Below the pieces are notes generated by a model. The model saw only the letters and a program-made list of their open reading frames with translations. It did not search any database and was not told where the DNA came from. DNA of 63,860 nucleotides, filler included, from Chrysochromulina tobinii (taxonomy: Eukaryota), in assembly GCA_001275005.1 (NCBI GenBank). It is 6 parts of 6 records of this genome, joined end to end, with 100 filler letters (N's around TTAATTAATTAA, not from the genome) between each part and the next. Parts side by side here need not be neighbours in the genome. Positions count along the whole stretch, not along the records: positions 20,613 to 37,382 come from JWZX01000799.1; positions 37,483 to 39,568 come from JWZX01000802.1; 4 more parts are not named here. The stretch is one strand, 5' to 3'. The translations under genes and the position numbers were made by a program. Positions 28,074 through 39,668 of this stretch are shown here, piece after piece; within the stretch, counting starts at the first letter, position 1, and each line of letters opens with the position of its first letter.

Positions 28074-31000
28074 ATGGAAGCCTTCCGCGCCGCCATCAAA
28101 GCGGCGGTGACGGCCAATGGCGGCGAGCCACACCATGCAATTCGGCATGAGCTGCGCGGGAGGCAGCCGTGGGTCGGTGACGGCTGGGTGGATGGTGACC
28201 TCGAGCTTCTTGCGCTCGCCATGTCCATCCGGCCGTGCCAACCCGACGAGGTCATCATCACATCGGCCGAGCGTGGCGATTGGTTTGGCGTCGTCCTCTC
28301 CGGCTCGCTCGCCGTCGAGAAGAAGGGCGCGCAGCTCGCCGTGCTCGGCCTGGGCGACGTTGTCGGCGAGATGGCGGCGCTGCACCCAGCAGCCGAGCGG
28401 TGCGCTACCGTGCGAGTGCGGGGGGCGAGTCCGAGCCGTCTCGCAACGATGACGACGAAGCAGCTGCAGAACTTTGTGCGCGACTGGCCGGGCCTTGGCA
28501 CGCGGCTCTTGCGCACGCTGGGGCGCATCGCAGCCGTGCGCCAGCTCGAGAATGGAAGGAGCGACCTATGCGCCTTGGTGCCGAGGAGCATAGAGTGGTC
28601 GATGACCGTGCCTGACCCTTCGACGGAGAAGTTCGATCGCTTCGACCTGCACGAGGCGTACCGCGCGCGGCTGGCGACGCACCTCTGCCGGCAGCTGGAG
28701 GTGGCGCCGGCGAGCGCGGGCCGCTTCGATGACGCCGAGCTCTCACTGCTCGTCGACCGCGCGCAGTTCCAGCCATTCCGCTCGGGACAGCGCCTCGTCG
28801 GCGAAGGCGAGCACATCGACAGCGTGATGGTGCTCCTTCTCGGCTCCGCCTCCTTCGAGCGCTGGTCCGTCGAGGTGGGCGAGGGCGGCGTCCTTGGCGC
28901 CCATGAGTTCTTCGGAGTGCCGTCGCTGAGCGCCGCCTCGGCGGTTGTGGCCAAAGGGGACGGTGTGCTCGCAGGCTGGACAACCCTGCATTTAACCGAA
29001 CTGATGGCGCATGACGGTCCGCTGATGATGCCGCTGATGACCTCGGATGACCTCTGATGACCTCTGATGGCGCACGACGGTCCGCTGATGGCCTCTGATG
29101 ATCCTCTGATGACCTCTGATGATCCTTGATGACCTCTGATGATGATGACCTCTGATGATCCCTGATGAACCGTCCAAAGAGTTCCCTCGGATGGCCTTTG
29201 ACGAACCTCTGATGGCCACTGATGAACCTCTGATGACCTCACTCATCAGGCCCGCTCGCGTACAAGCTCATCCAGTTCATCGGCCGCTTCGCGATGGGCA
29301 TCGGCGCGACCCTCTGCCACGTCCTCCGCGAAGACGCTGTGCATGCAAACACCATGCCGCAGCGCGAGTTCCGTGCGGGGGTTGGAGGCTCGCATAAGCG
29401 TGCTGGTGGCGTGCGATACGTGGTCATTGGCGGCAGCGGCAGCAACGGCGGCGGCAGCGGCAGCAGCAGCGGCGGCAGCGGCGGCAGCAGCGGCAGCGGC
29501 GGCAGCGGCGGCGGCGGCGGCGGCGGCGGCGGCAGTTCGGCAGCGGCCGAGGCTGTGTACATAGAGAAGATGCAGCAGCAGGCGGAGCGGCTACGTGCCC
29601 AGCTGAGCGAGAATGAGCGGCTGTCCGCCGCGCTGCAGGTGAGTGTCGTTAATTGCCTCTGATTGCCATTGATTACCACTGATTGCCACTGATTGCCACT
29701 GATTGCCAGCTGAGCGCGAGTGAGCGGCTGTCCGCCGCGCTGCAGGAGAAGACCCACGCGTCCGCGCGCTATCGGCTGCAGGTGAGTGTCGTTAATTGCC
29801 TCTGATTGCCACTGATTGCCACTGATTGCGTCCGCGCGCTATCGGCTGCAGGTGAGTGTCGTTAATTGCCTCTGATTGCCATTGATTGCCACTGATTGCC
29901 ACTGATTGCGTCCGCGCGCTATCGGCTGCAGTACGCCGCCGCAGCCAAGCGGCTCGAGCAGCGCGACGTTGACAATCGACGGCTACAGACCGAGCTGGAA
30001 GCGGCGTACACGCAGCTCGAGCAGCAGCGGGGCGCGAGCTCGGAGGCGCATGCCATCCTCGAAGAGCTCGCGGGTGTGGTTACGGCCGTGCTGGACGATC
30101 TGCCCAATCTGGATCACGAGATCCGTTCGCCCAACACGGCGCCCAATCTGGAGCACGAGGTCGGCCCGATCGGGTCGCCCGACACGGCGCCCGCGTACGG
30201 CTCCGCACCTTCGGATCTCGGCGAGGGCGAGGGCGCGCTCACGACGGCGCGCACCCCCAGGCAGCTGGCGCCCACGACGGCGCTCCCGAGCCTGCGCGCC
30301 GCCCTGAGCGCCGCCCTGCTCTCCGCGGTGCGCCTGCTGAGGGAGCACGCGCTCACGACGGCGCTCACGAGCACGCCCACGACGGCGCTCGAGCGGCCGC
30401 ACCCCAACTCGCCCGTCGGGTCCGCGCGCCAAGCGGCGCTCTCGCCGCCCAAGACGGCGCTCTCGCCGCCCAAGACGGCGCTCTCGTCGCTTGGGTGCAG
30501 CTCGGCCGGGGAGGCGCCCAAGACGGCGCCCAGCCTCCACAGCAGGCGCGGTTTCGCCAGCCGTGCCGCGTCCCTCGCCCACGACGGCGCGTGCGAGCCC
30601 GGGGCACCGGGCGCCCAAGACGGCGCCAGCGCGTGCAGCGCGACCGCGATGCTCGCAGACGCAACCGGCGGCGCTCGAGACGGCGCGAGCGCCGTCGTGA
30701 GCACCACCGACGCGCAGCCGGCCGCCCCGCCGGTGCACCACGCGAAGAGCGGCGCGGCGGCGCCCTCTCAGAACAGGGGGGCAACGGGCACGACGGGGAC
30801 GACGGGCGCCGCCGCGGGCGCGCCAGGCGCCGCCGCGGGCGCGCCTGCCACGCGCGAGTCCGTGTGCGAGATTGGCGTGCAGGCGGGCGGCTACCGCGTG
30901 CCTTACCCGAGCGTGGCTGCAGCGCCCCTGAGCGGCGAGGAGACGACACGCCCTCTGAGCCGCGCGTCTGCGCTGGTGCGTCGGGCGCACTCGAGCACGC

Positions 31001-32199
31001 AGACGAGCACGCTTGGAGTCGGCACCGCGCGCAGCCGTCTAGAAACCTTTGCCGCCCAGACGCAGACGGAAGAGAGCTTCCTCGACGGGATGGCGGTGAC
31101 GCGCCCGCCTCGCATGGCGGCGGGGGTGTACGGCGCACCCCACCCGAGCGCCGTCCTGAGCGACGCGGCCACTGCAGAGGTGATCCTCGAGGCCCTCGAT
31201 GCCGCTCGGTACGGCGCTCCTGCACGGCACGAGTTCGTGTGTAACGGCTCGTCGGCCGTGACGCAGAAGCAGACGCCCGTACCGTCCACTCAGCCATCGA
31301 CTCGGCCTTCGACGGCCGCCTCACGCCCTTCACGCCCATCCACAGCGGGTGGCGGACGCGTCTACCCCTCGTCCTTGAGCGCCGGCGTGGCCGCCTCGAC
31401 CATGTACGCGGCGCTGCCACGGAGCACCTCCTCACCCACTTGCCGGCCGGCCTCGGCGACGCCGACCAGCATGGCCTCGGCGACGCCGACCAGCATGGCC
31501 TCGGCGCAGTCGAGCACGACCAGTACGGCCGGGCCGCTCGCCATAGCCGTGGCCATCACAGCAGCGGGCGGCGCCGGTGCTCGCCACGGCGCCGGCGCTC
31601 GCCCCTCTTCCGCACTGGAAGGCTCGTTACGCTCCAAGGGGAAGCTCCCTGAGCGCCGTCCTGAGCGAGGCTCCCTCAGCTCGCCCAGCGCCGTGGCGAG
31701 CACCGGCGCCGTGTCGAGCACCGGCGCCGTGGCGAGCACCGGCTCCCTTGGCTCGCTCAGCGCGTCCCAGTTCCAAAAGGCACGTTTCCACGGGCCGCTG
31801 CCTATGGTGCGCCTCGTTCAGGGCTTCAGCCAGAGCGGCACCCCTCATCGGCTGCACAGCATCGAGTCCGAGGCCGACCTCGAGCGGCAGCTGCAGCAGC
31901 TGGGCCTGCCGCCCTCGACCCGCTGGGTGCCCAATCCGGCGCCCAACCCGACGCCCAAGACGGCGCTCGGGCCCAGCCCGTGCAGCAGCGCCCTCACCTC
32001 GTGCCACGCGTCGCGCCCGGGCTCGGCGCACGCGCCGTGCTGGGCACCGGGCTGCCACGCGTCGCGCCCGGGCTCGGCGTTGCCCGCCTCGGGCAGCGCC
32101 GGCTCGGCCGTTGGCTCGGCCGTTGGCTCCTCGTCCCGCGCCGGCTCAGCCTCGCACGTCCGCACGGAGCTGCCCGGCTCTATAGAAGGGGAAGAGTAG
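28074..32199 (+). CDS. Protein with two cyclic-nucleotide-binding-like domains, a coiled coil and a low-complexity tail; introns 29017-29249, 29639-29745, 29782-29931
   Basis: ERGDWFGVVLSGSLAV..LGLGDVVGEMAAL..RCATV and a second repeat LVGEGEHIDSVMVLLLGS..GGVLGAHEF. Three ORFs are joined in frame by GT..AG introns. Confidence 0.8.
29017..29249 (+). other. 233-nt phase-1 intron made of CTGATGACCT-type repeats
   Basis: G|GTCCGCTGATG...ACTCATCAG|GCCCGCT restores DG-PLAYKLIQF. Confidence 0.75.
29639..29931 (+). other. Three near-identical introns (29639-29745, 29782-29851, 29852-29931) around a 36-nt exon
   Basis: Each starts GTGAGTGTCGTTAATTGCCTCTGATTGCCA, continues with (CTGATTGCCA)n and ends in a copy of the preceding exon's 3' end. 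All are phase 0. Confidence 0.88.
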
Positions 32200-32487
32200 C
32201 TACTAGTGCCTCGAACCAGCAGGTTTCCCACATCCCAGGCGTTCCGTCGAATTGCCGGCGGCGCCGAGCCGAGACGAGAGTTAGAGATCTCGACGGTGCG
32301 ACCGCCGACCGCATTAAAACATTTCAACATAGTTTCATAGTTTCATATTACGTACACTGCGTCTCGGGACTCACGCCGCGGGGGCCGCGAGCTCCGGTCG
32401 GCTTTTCAGGACCTCCCAGAGCTCCTCCCGCGTGCCGCCCCGAAAGGAAAGCGGCCGCCGGCGCGCCGCCTGGCCGCTCCTCCGAGC

Positions 32488-33360
32488 TCAAAAATTGTCC
32501 TTCATGCGGCGCAGCCTTGCAAACGTCTGCTCCTCCGTCTCGTGGTCCGGCACGCCCACATGTGCTCGCAACGCTGGGCTCGCGGGGCGGAGGAACGGGT
32601 TCGTGGCAATCTCATACCCGATCGTCGACGGCACGGTCGGCTTTCCAACGGCACGCAGCTCGGTGATCTCGCGCGCGCGCGCCTGCAGCGCCTCGTTCTG
32701 CGGCTCGACACTGAGGGCGAAGCGCAGATTGGACGCGGTGTACTCGTGAGCACAGTACACGGCCGTTTCCGGCGGGAGCGCCGCCAAACGCTGCAGCGAC
32801 GCCCACGCTTGCTCGGGAGTTCCCTCGAAGAGGCGGCCGCAGCCGAGAGCGAAGAGCGCGTCACCCACGAAGGCAACTTGCAGCGAGGGCACGTGATACG
32901 CCACGTGGCCGAGCGTGTGCCCCCCAACGTCGAGGACGTGCACCTCGTGCTCGCCAAACTGGAAGCAGTCGCCACCGCTCACTGGCCGCTCGATGGACGG
33001 GATCTTGTGGGCTTCCGCTGCCGGCCCGATGATCTCGCACCCATACAGCTGCTTCAGTTCCACATTGCCGCCCGCGTGGTCGGCATGATGGTGCGTGTTG
33101 AAAATGTGCGTCAGCTTCCAGCCGCGCCGCGCGCACGCGGCAGCAATCGGGGCGACCTCCGGCGTATCGATTGCGGCTGTACACCCCGTTGCGCTGTCGT
33201 GGAGTAAGTACCCGTAGTTATCGGTCAGGCACCCAAACTGCTCCACCTCTAGCGTGCTGACTGAAGCACCGGCCGTCAGGCTGCGGGAGCGCCCAGCCGA
33301 CGCGGCCACAATGGCCGCGGCGCTGGCCGCCCGGCCGATGAGCGCGAATGCACGCGCCAT
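32488..33360 (-). CDS. gloB: Hydroxyacylglutathione hydrolase (glyoxalase II), probably organelle-targeted
   Basis: DNYGYLL, THHHADHAGGN, GHTLGH, FVGDALFALGCGRLFEG, YCAHEYT and E.ATNPFLR motifs. Confidence 0.96.
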   Translation of the reverse strand: MARAFALIGRAASAAAIVAASAGRSRSLTAGASVSTLEVEQFGCLTDNYGYLLHDSATGCTAAIDTPEVAPIAAACARRGWKLTHIFNTHHHADHAGGNVELKQLYGCEIIGPAAEAHKIPSIERPVSGGDCFQFGEHEVHVLDVGGHTLGHVAYHVPSLQVAFVGDALFALGCGRLFEGTPEQAWASLQRLAALPPETAVYCAHEYTASNLRFALSVEPQNEALQARAREITELRAVGKPTVPSTIGYEIATNPFLRPASPALRAHVGVPDHETEEQTFARLRRMKDNF

Positions 33361-33906
33361 GTTTAGTTCACGAGACAGCTGTATTCATACTCACACCTTC
33401 CGCTTTTGAAGGCTGCCGAAGCGTGCTTCGACCGGGGAGCGTCGAAATGAAAGTCAACATCTCACGAAACTCTTGCGAAATGTGTGACCGTGCCCCATTT
33501 CACGTAAGTGGCGCGTGGGCACTCGCACTCGCCACCTCCCGCGTCGCCCGGGCGGTGCAAGCAAAGCAAGCAAGGGCGGTGCGGGCTCCGGCTCTGATTA
33601 TCAGCCCCCCGCGCCCCGCGCGGCGCGGGTGTGAATCTTTATTTACAAGTCGATAAGACGAGACTTGCGGGTCCACATGAGACCACGAACGTCTGAAAAG
33701 CATGGCCACAGCGCGCACAGCCGACACAGCGTCACCCCAACGCAAGGGCGAAGGGGTTGCACAGACCCCACAAATAGTATGGGGGGTGGGCGTTCCCGTC
33801 CTTGTCCGACCGCCTCTCGTTCTCTTAACGTTCTCTCCATTGCTCGCAGCAGCCCAGAGTGCGGCGACAGACTCTCTTGTGAGTTGAGTCTCTCACGCAG
33901 CCTTTC

Positions 33907-35948
33907 TCACATCTCGGCCACTTTGAGGTCCTGTGCGAGCATCTTGGCCGCGATGGGGTGGTAGTTCGATCGGTGCTCGAGAAAGGTTTGGACGGCGAGC
34001 TCGCGCTGCGCCTCCCAGCCGTAGAGCGCGCGGTAGAGCGGGCGCACGAACTTCATGCGCCCTTGCTCCGTGACGAAACCAAGCACCTGTGGAATGATGA
34101 ACTCGGCGCGAGAGAGGATGCAGATGCGCTGCCAGCGCAAGCGCACCTCGGCATTCTTGGAGGCACTGAGCTCATACAGCCGATCCATCTTCTCGAGCGC
34201 GCGGAGCGCCAGCGGCGCCCCTTTGCCCTCGAGCGCGCGCGCGAGCAGCGTCTCCCAAAAGAAGATGCGCAGCTGGCTCGGCCACCCCTTGTACTCGGCC
34301 GCGGAGGCGTCGAGTGACAAGTCGTCCGCGGCGAGCTCTGCCATCCAACGGTCAGCGAGCACGGTGCACGTCGCCCCAAGGGAGGGGTCGAGGACCGGCG
34401 TCACCGGCGGCATACCCGGTGTTTTGAACCACGCGTCCCAGTCGACTGAGCTCGCGTCGATCTCGCGCCCTTCACACCACTTGAGGAAGCATTCACGGAA
34501 GTCGGCGGACGTGAGCGTGCGCCGCTTGAACGTGCCGATGTAGTGCGCGGCGAACTGCTCAAAGATGGGGCGTCCGCCCACGATGGCGCTCAGGTGGCAG
34601 AGGAGCGAGAGGCCCTTTTCGTACGGCACCGCGCTGAACGAGTCATCTGGATCGATGCCATCCAGCGGCGGGATGAGCCGGGTGAGCGGGTTGGTCGGCC
34701 CGAAGGTGGCGACATCGTCGGCGAGGTGCGTGAGCGCCTGCTGCACCTGGAAGTCGAAGAAGGCGTCGCACCGCTCGGCGGGCTCGAGGTGTGCGAGCGT
34801 ACTCGTCTCGAGCCACCGCGTCCACCCTTCGTTGAGCCAAAAGTGCTCCCACGTCAGGTTCGTCACCAGGTTGCCCGTCCAGGAATGCGCGACCTCGTGG
34901 CAGATGACATTGGCCAGCGAGCGGTCGCCCGCGAGCAGCGTGGGCGTCGCAAAGGTGAGGCACGGGTTCTCCATGCCGCCGTACGGGAAGCTCGGCGGCA
35001 TGCAGAGGATGTCGTACCTGTGAACAGAGCACCGAGCACAGAGGGACCTGTGAAGAGGGACCTGTGAAGAGGGACGCTGTGAAGAGGAAGCTGTGAAGTT
35101 TCGAGGGAGATGGGTGGCTCGGCGCGTCCTGCGCGCAGATGAGAGGGTCGGCTGCGGAGGGCGCACCGCCCCCACGCGTACGGCGTCTGCGTGAGCTCCT
35201 CCGCCTTGGCCACGAAGCGCTCGGCTTCTGCGAACTCCCAAGCGGCGGCCTCGACGACACTCGGCTCAGCCCAAACGGTCGTGCGCGAGCCTACGTTGAT
35301 GCCACGCACGTCGCCGACGGCGAGGGCGAGTAGGTACGACGAGAGCGGGCACGTCTGCTCGAAGGTGAAGGTGCGCAGCGGAACGCCGCCCACGACGCTG
35401 GCGACCGGCGAGCCCACGGCCACCGCGCTCATCAGGGCCGTGGCCCACTCCGGCACCCGGACCGTGGCGTCGTACGTAAACTTGGCGGCCGGCCCGTCAG
35501 GGCACGGGAGCATGGAGCGCGCGTGGATGGCCTGGCACTGGCTGAACATGAACGGCCTCTCCTTGCCCGCGGTCTGGGCGGGCGGCAGCCACTGCAGTGC
35601 CGACGACTTGGGCGAGGTGGCGTAGGTGACGGCGACCTCGAGTGCTCGGCCCTGCTCCCCGAGCCCCTCGGGCAGCGTGATGGCGCACGCGACACCGAAT
35701 GCAGCATGTGCTGGCCTCATCGTGTGCGGCGCGGGTGCGCCGCACACGGTCACGGAGCGCACCTCAAGCTCGGACGAGGTGTCCAGGACGAGCTCAGCCA
35801 CCCGGTGCTCAGCGACGTCCACAGTCCAGGTGGCGACGCCTTCGAGGACATGGCGCTCAAAATCGACTGACAGGCTGAGGTTGAGGTGCTTGTAGACGAA
35901 GGACGCGTGGTTCGAGAGCGACGACTTATCGATGCGACAGTCGGCCAT
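33907..35948 (-). CDS. LTA4H: Leukotriene A4 hydrolase-like M1 aminopeptidase; intron 35018-35166
   Basis: ALQWL.P.QTAGK..PFMFSQCQAIHARS, YAWGR|YDIL, PPSFPYGGMENP, HEVAHSWTGNLVTN..W.HFWLNEG, VPYEKG and QGRMKFVRPLY motifs. Confidence 0.95.
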
Positions 35949-36083
35949 TCTTCACAAATGGCGAACGCAATCAGCGATGCGGAACATCCTCGCCACGCAG
36001 CGCCTGAATAGGCGTGCGAGGGTCGGGAAGTGGCCCCCACGAACCCCCCCTCGTGGCCGTTACGCTTCCTCCTCCTTCGAAAC

Positions 36084-36265
36084 ATGCGTGTCTCGACAGC
36101 CTCGACGATGGCCGCGACGGCGGGCGGCCTCGCTGGCCTCTGCCTTCTCCGCTGCCGCCGCGCTGCGTCAACGTTCAGAGCCGGCGGCGGCGTCGCGTTC
36201 GAGACCCTCGACGTATTCACCACGCGCCGTTTCGGTGGCAACCCGCTTGCCATCGTACCCGAGTC
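36084..36265 (+). pseudogene. 5' portion of a PhzF-family epimerase/isomerase gene, interrupted by a repeat array
   Basis: Transit-peptide-like leader, then FETLDVFTTRRFGGNPLAIVP matching the PhzF N-terminal DVFT..F.GNPLAV motif. Homology stops where the array begins. This could be exon 1 of an intact gene. Confidence 0.7.
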
Positions 36266-36670
36266 ACGTTGGGCGAACGCCCAACAACTCTAGTTGGGCG
36301 AATCCGAATGCCCAACAACTCTAGAATCCAACTCTACACGCGCTAATACCGAGTCGTCGGGGGAAAGCCCAACAACTGCCGGAATCACTCCAGACGCGCT
36401 AATACCGAGTCGTCGGGGGAAGGCCCAACAACTCGCGGAATCACTCCCGACGCGCTAATACCGAGTCGTCGGGAGAACGCCCAACAACTCGCGGAATCAC
36501 TCCCGACGCGCTAATACCGAGTCGTCGGGAGAACGCCCAACAACTCGCGGAATCACTCTAGACGCGCTAATACCGAGTCGTCGGGAGAACGCCCAACAAC
36601 TCGCGGAATCACTCCAGACGCGCTAATACCGAGTCGTCGGGAGAACGCCCAACAACTCGCGGAATCACTC
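36259..36670. repeat. Tandem array of 6 x 56-nt units plus two degenerate hairpin units
   Basis: ACGCGCTAATACCGAGTCGTCGGGAGAACGCCCAACAACTCGCGGAATCACTCCCG starts at 36338, 36394, 36450, 36506, 36562 and 36618. Confidence 0.95.
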
Positions 36671-37382
36671 ACTCTCTCTCTCTCTCTTGGGACCAAAAAA
36701 GCGGTTAGCGAGATCTGCCGTCATCTGTGTCTTATATCCAGAGTTGAATTCGGCCGCAATAAGCACCGTGTTGGCACGCGTGTAACCAAGAGATTCGTCG
36801 AGGCGCTCAAATGAGAGGACGAAGGGGGTGGTATAGATGAGTCCGCTCAGTGTGAGGGTGACTCCCGTGTAGAAGCAAGCGCCCTCCTGGTCTACGTATT
36901 GTTGGAGCGCCCAGGCGAGGTCGAGCTCACTACGATCACGATCACGTTTTGTTGGCCCTTTTTGGCGCAGTCGTCGCGCAAGTGTCAAACGCAGGGGGTG
37001 GTCGCTAGCTTCCGCGGCGGCGCGGGTGGCGGCGGCGTGAGTACGGCGCACGTCTGTGTCGGCCTCCCATCGCGCCCGCGTATAGACGATCGTGAAGACC
37101 TTGTCCTGGTCGAGCCCGGCCGTCGTGTTCCAAATCAGGGGAACCACGTGGAAGGTGCCGACGTCGTACGTGCAACATGACCCACGGATCGCCCAGTTGC
37201 GGTCGATGGAGTACGCCCACGGATTGCCCCACGTGCCACCTGGGCGCACGTCGAGCTGCAGGCGGAGGGGCGGTAGTGGTGGCGGCGGCTCGACCCCGAC
37301 TGGCCACTCGGCGAGTTGCAGGCGCCGCTCGAGCTCGCCGCCGCGCCAGGGCACAAGGCCACGCTGGTGGACCACTTGCGCG
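36665..37382 (-). CDS. HNH/His-Me-finger-like endonuclease domain protein, 5'-truncated by contig end
   Basis: LDL...QQYVDQEGACFYTGVTL...LSFERLDESLGYTRANTVLIAAEFN resembles the Q.G.C.YSG..SLERLD..GY..N HNH-like family. A degenerate upstream copy reads QRGL..PWAYSIDR..Y..VVPLIWN. Confidence 0.7.
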
Positions 37383-37482
37383 NNNNNNNNNNNNNNNNNN
37401 NNNNNNNNNNNNNNNNNNNNNNNNNNTTAATTAATTAANNNNNNNNNNNNNNNNNNNNNNNNNNNNNNNNNNNNNNNNNNNN
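37383..37482. other. Artificial contig-joining spacer
   Basis: N44-TTAATTAATTAA-N44. Confidence 0.97.
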
Positions 37483-39568
37483 ACTCCGCAAGCACGGACG
37501 TGAACGTGATCGGCATCGTCGCGCTGCCCGTCGCCATGAGCATGCCGCCCTTCAAGACCACGAGCGCTGGCGCAACCGACGAGTTCGTCGGGATGGAAAA
37601 AATGGAAGTTCCGGGCGCGATGGTGAGCGTGACACCCGAGGGCACGAAGACCTGCGTGGCCATCAGGTACGAAGTGCTCGAAACGAGGTTCGTGCTGGCA
37701 GAAAGCGTTCCGCCGAGCATGACCGTCGTCGGTGCGAGCGTCGCGAATGGCGAGGCCGGAAGGGCGGTGCACGTGCGGCCGGCCATGTTGCCGCTGCACG
37801 CGAGCCACGAGTAGCCGGCGAGCCAGTTGTCCGTCGAGGAGGCGAACGCGCCCTTGCACGTCACCGACGAGAAGAAGGCGTCGCCGTTGGGGGGTGCGTC
37901 CTTGGTGCCCGTGCACGCCGCGCCGGTGGCGGATGGCAGAGGGTTGAAGGTGGCGGAGCCCTCCGCGAGGTCAGTGGTGGCGACCGCAACGAAGCCGGGG
38001 GGACCAGAAACCGCCGTCCACGTGTCCGCGACTGTGCAGGCGGCGACGCCGGAGCCGCCGGCTTGCAGAGCGAACTGCAAAAAAGGCTGCGTCGTGTCGA
38101 TGATGTTGTTGGCCGAGAAGTAAAAGTAGCCGGGGTTCGAAATGCTGACCGACGCCGCCGGCAGCGTCTGCGTGTAGCTCATCGAGCCGCAGTCCTCGAA
38201 GAGGAGGCCGTGCAAGTTCGGGAAAGCGAGGATGCCGTTGCCGAACTTGCCACCCGTGCCGTCGTTGACGTGGATCAGCTCGCCCGTACGCGCGCCAGTG
38301 CCGGTGCCTCCGCCGATCAAGGTGAACGAGTAGAAGGCCGGGTGCGAGCGCGGGGTCACGTCCTGATTCGAGCCGACGCCCGAGTCGATCTCCATCGAGT
38401 GGTCGCCCGTCAGGCCCTCGATGACAAACAGGAACTGGCCCTTGCCAATGTAGCCCTGGTCCGTGTCGAAGCCGTCGTCGCCCACGAAGAGCACCGACAG
38501 GTACTTGACGTTCACCGTGCCGCCGAAGAACTCGAAGCCATCGTCGAGGTTGAAGGCCACCTCGCAGTGGTCGACGATGGTGCCGGAGCCGACGCCGCCG
38601 AAGGTGATGCCGTTGATCTCGTTGTTCGCGCCCACGATCGCGCCGCCGTGCCACACGCGCACGTACTGCAGGGTGCCGGACGAGTCGGTCGGGTTGGTGC
38701 CGCCGTACGTGCGGCCGGTGATGCCCTCGATTTCGGTGGTGGTCGCCACGTTGGTCGGCGCGTTGCCGAGCAGGATGAGGCCGCCCCACTTGCCGCGCGT
38801 CTCGAGCACGGTATCCGCGCTGGTAGAGTCAGTCGACACCGACGACGACGACGACACGGTGGGGTTGAAGGCAGTGAAGGTGATCGGCGAAATTGAAGTG
38901 CCAAGTGCTAAGACCCGTCCCCCCTTCTCGATGATCAGGGCTGGCGCACCGCTGCCATCGGCAGCCAACGGCGAGGCGTAAATGGTCACGCCCGCCTGAA
39001 TGGCCAAGGTGATGCCCGACGGAACGAACGTCTGGCACGTGAGCACGTAGAGCGCACCTCTGTAGAGCCTCCTGTCTGCCGAGAGGGTGCCGCAAAGAGC
39101 GACGGGGTCGTCAGAGTCGCCAGGGTCGGCCGCCGAGGGGCACGTAGACGTCGAGCTGACAAAGCCCGGGCGGTTGGGCAGGTTGAAGAACGACCAGCCA
39201 TCGAGCCAGTTGACGCTGCCGAACGCGCCCTTGTACGTGGTCGCGCTGAAAAAGACGTCGCCGTTGGGCACCGGGTCGACGTTCGAGTACGCGGCCGGGC
39301 CGCACGCGCGCGGGTCGATCGGACTAGTGCTGGTCTCGGTGAACGTGCCTCCTGAGATGAGCGGATTCGTGTTGACAAAGGCCGGCGCCGTGCCAGTGCA
39401 TGGCGACACAATTTGGAAGCCGGCGGTGGGGCTCTCGATGATGTTGTTCGACGAGAAGAACAGGTACGTGTCCAGCGACGCCGACGACGCCGGCAGCACC
39501 GACACAATGGACGGCGCGGCGCTGCCGCTGCTGCTGCAGGTGTCGATGCGGATGCCAGGGTGCGTCGC
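37483..39568 (-). CDS. Internal fragment of a repetitive beta-helix surface protein (paralogue or part of the 39669-46622 gene)
   Basis: Frame open across the whole contig. GKWGGLILLGNAPTN..DSSGTLQYVRVWHGG..NEINGITFGGVGSGT..DDGFEFFGGTVNVKYL is highly similar at DNA level to 43100-45790. Confidence 0.88.
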
Positions 39569-39668
39569 NNNNNNNNNNNNNNNNNNNNNNNNNNNNNNNN
39601 NNNNNNNNNNNNTTAATTAATTAANNNNNNNNNNNNNNNNNNNNNNNNNNNNNNNNNNNNNNNNNNNN
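39569..39668. other. Artificial contig-joining spacer
   Basis: N44-TTAATTAATTAA-N44. Confidence 0.97.

Noticed and set aside
27623..29242. 539-aa minus-strand ORF starting with SSEVIRGHQ repeats
   Set aside because: It is a translation of the intronic satellite plus the antisense of the cNMP gene.
36338..36670. 56-nt array as a CRISPR array
   Set aside because: Units are contiguous and near-identical with no unique spacers, there are no cas genes, and the context is eukaryotic.
37382..37483. Linkage of the HNH-like ORF with the beta-helix gene, or of the recombinase with the coiled-coil gene
   Set aside because: They are separated by artificial contig spacers, so adjacency is not evidence.
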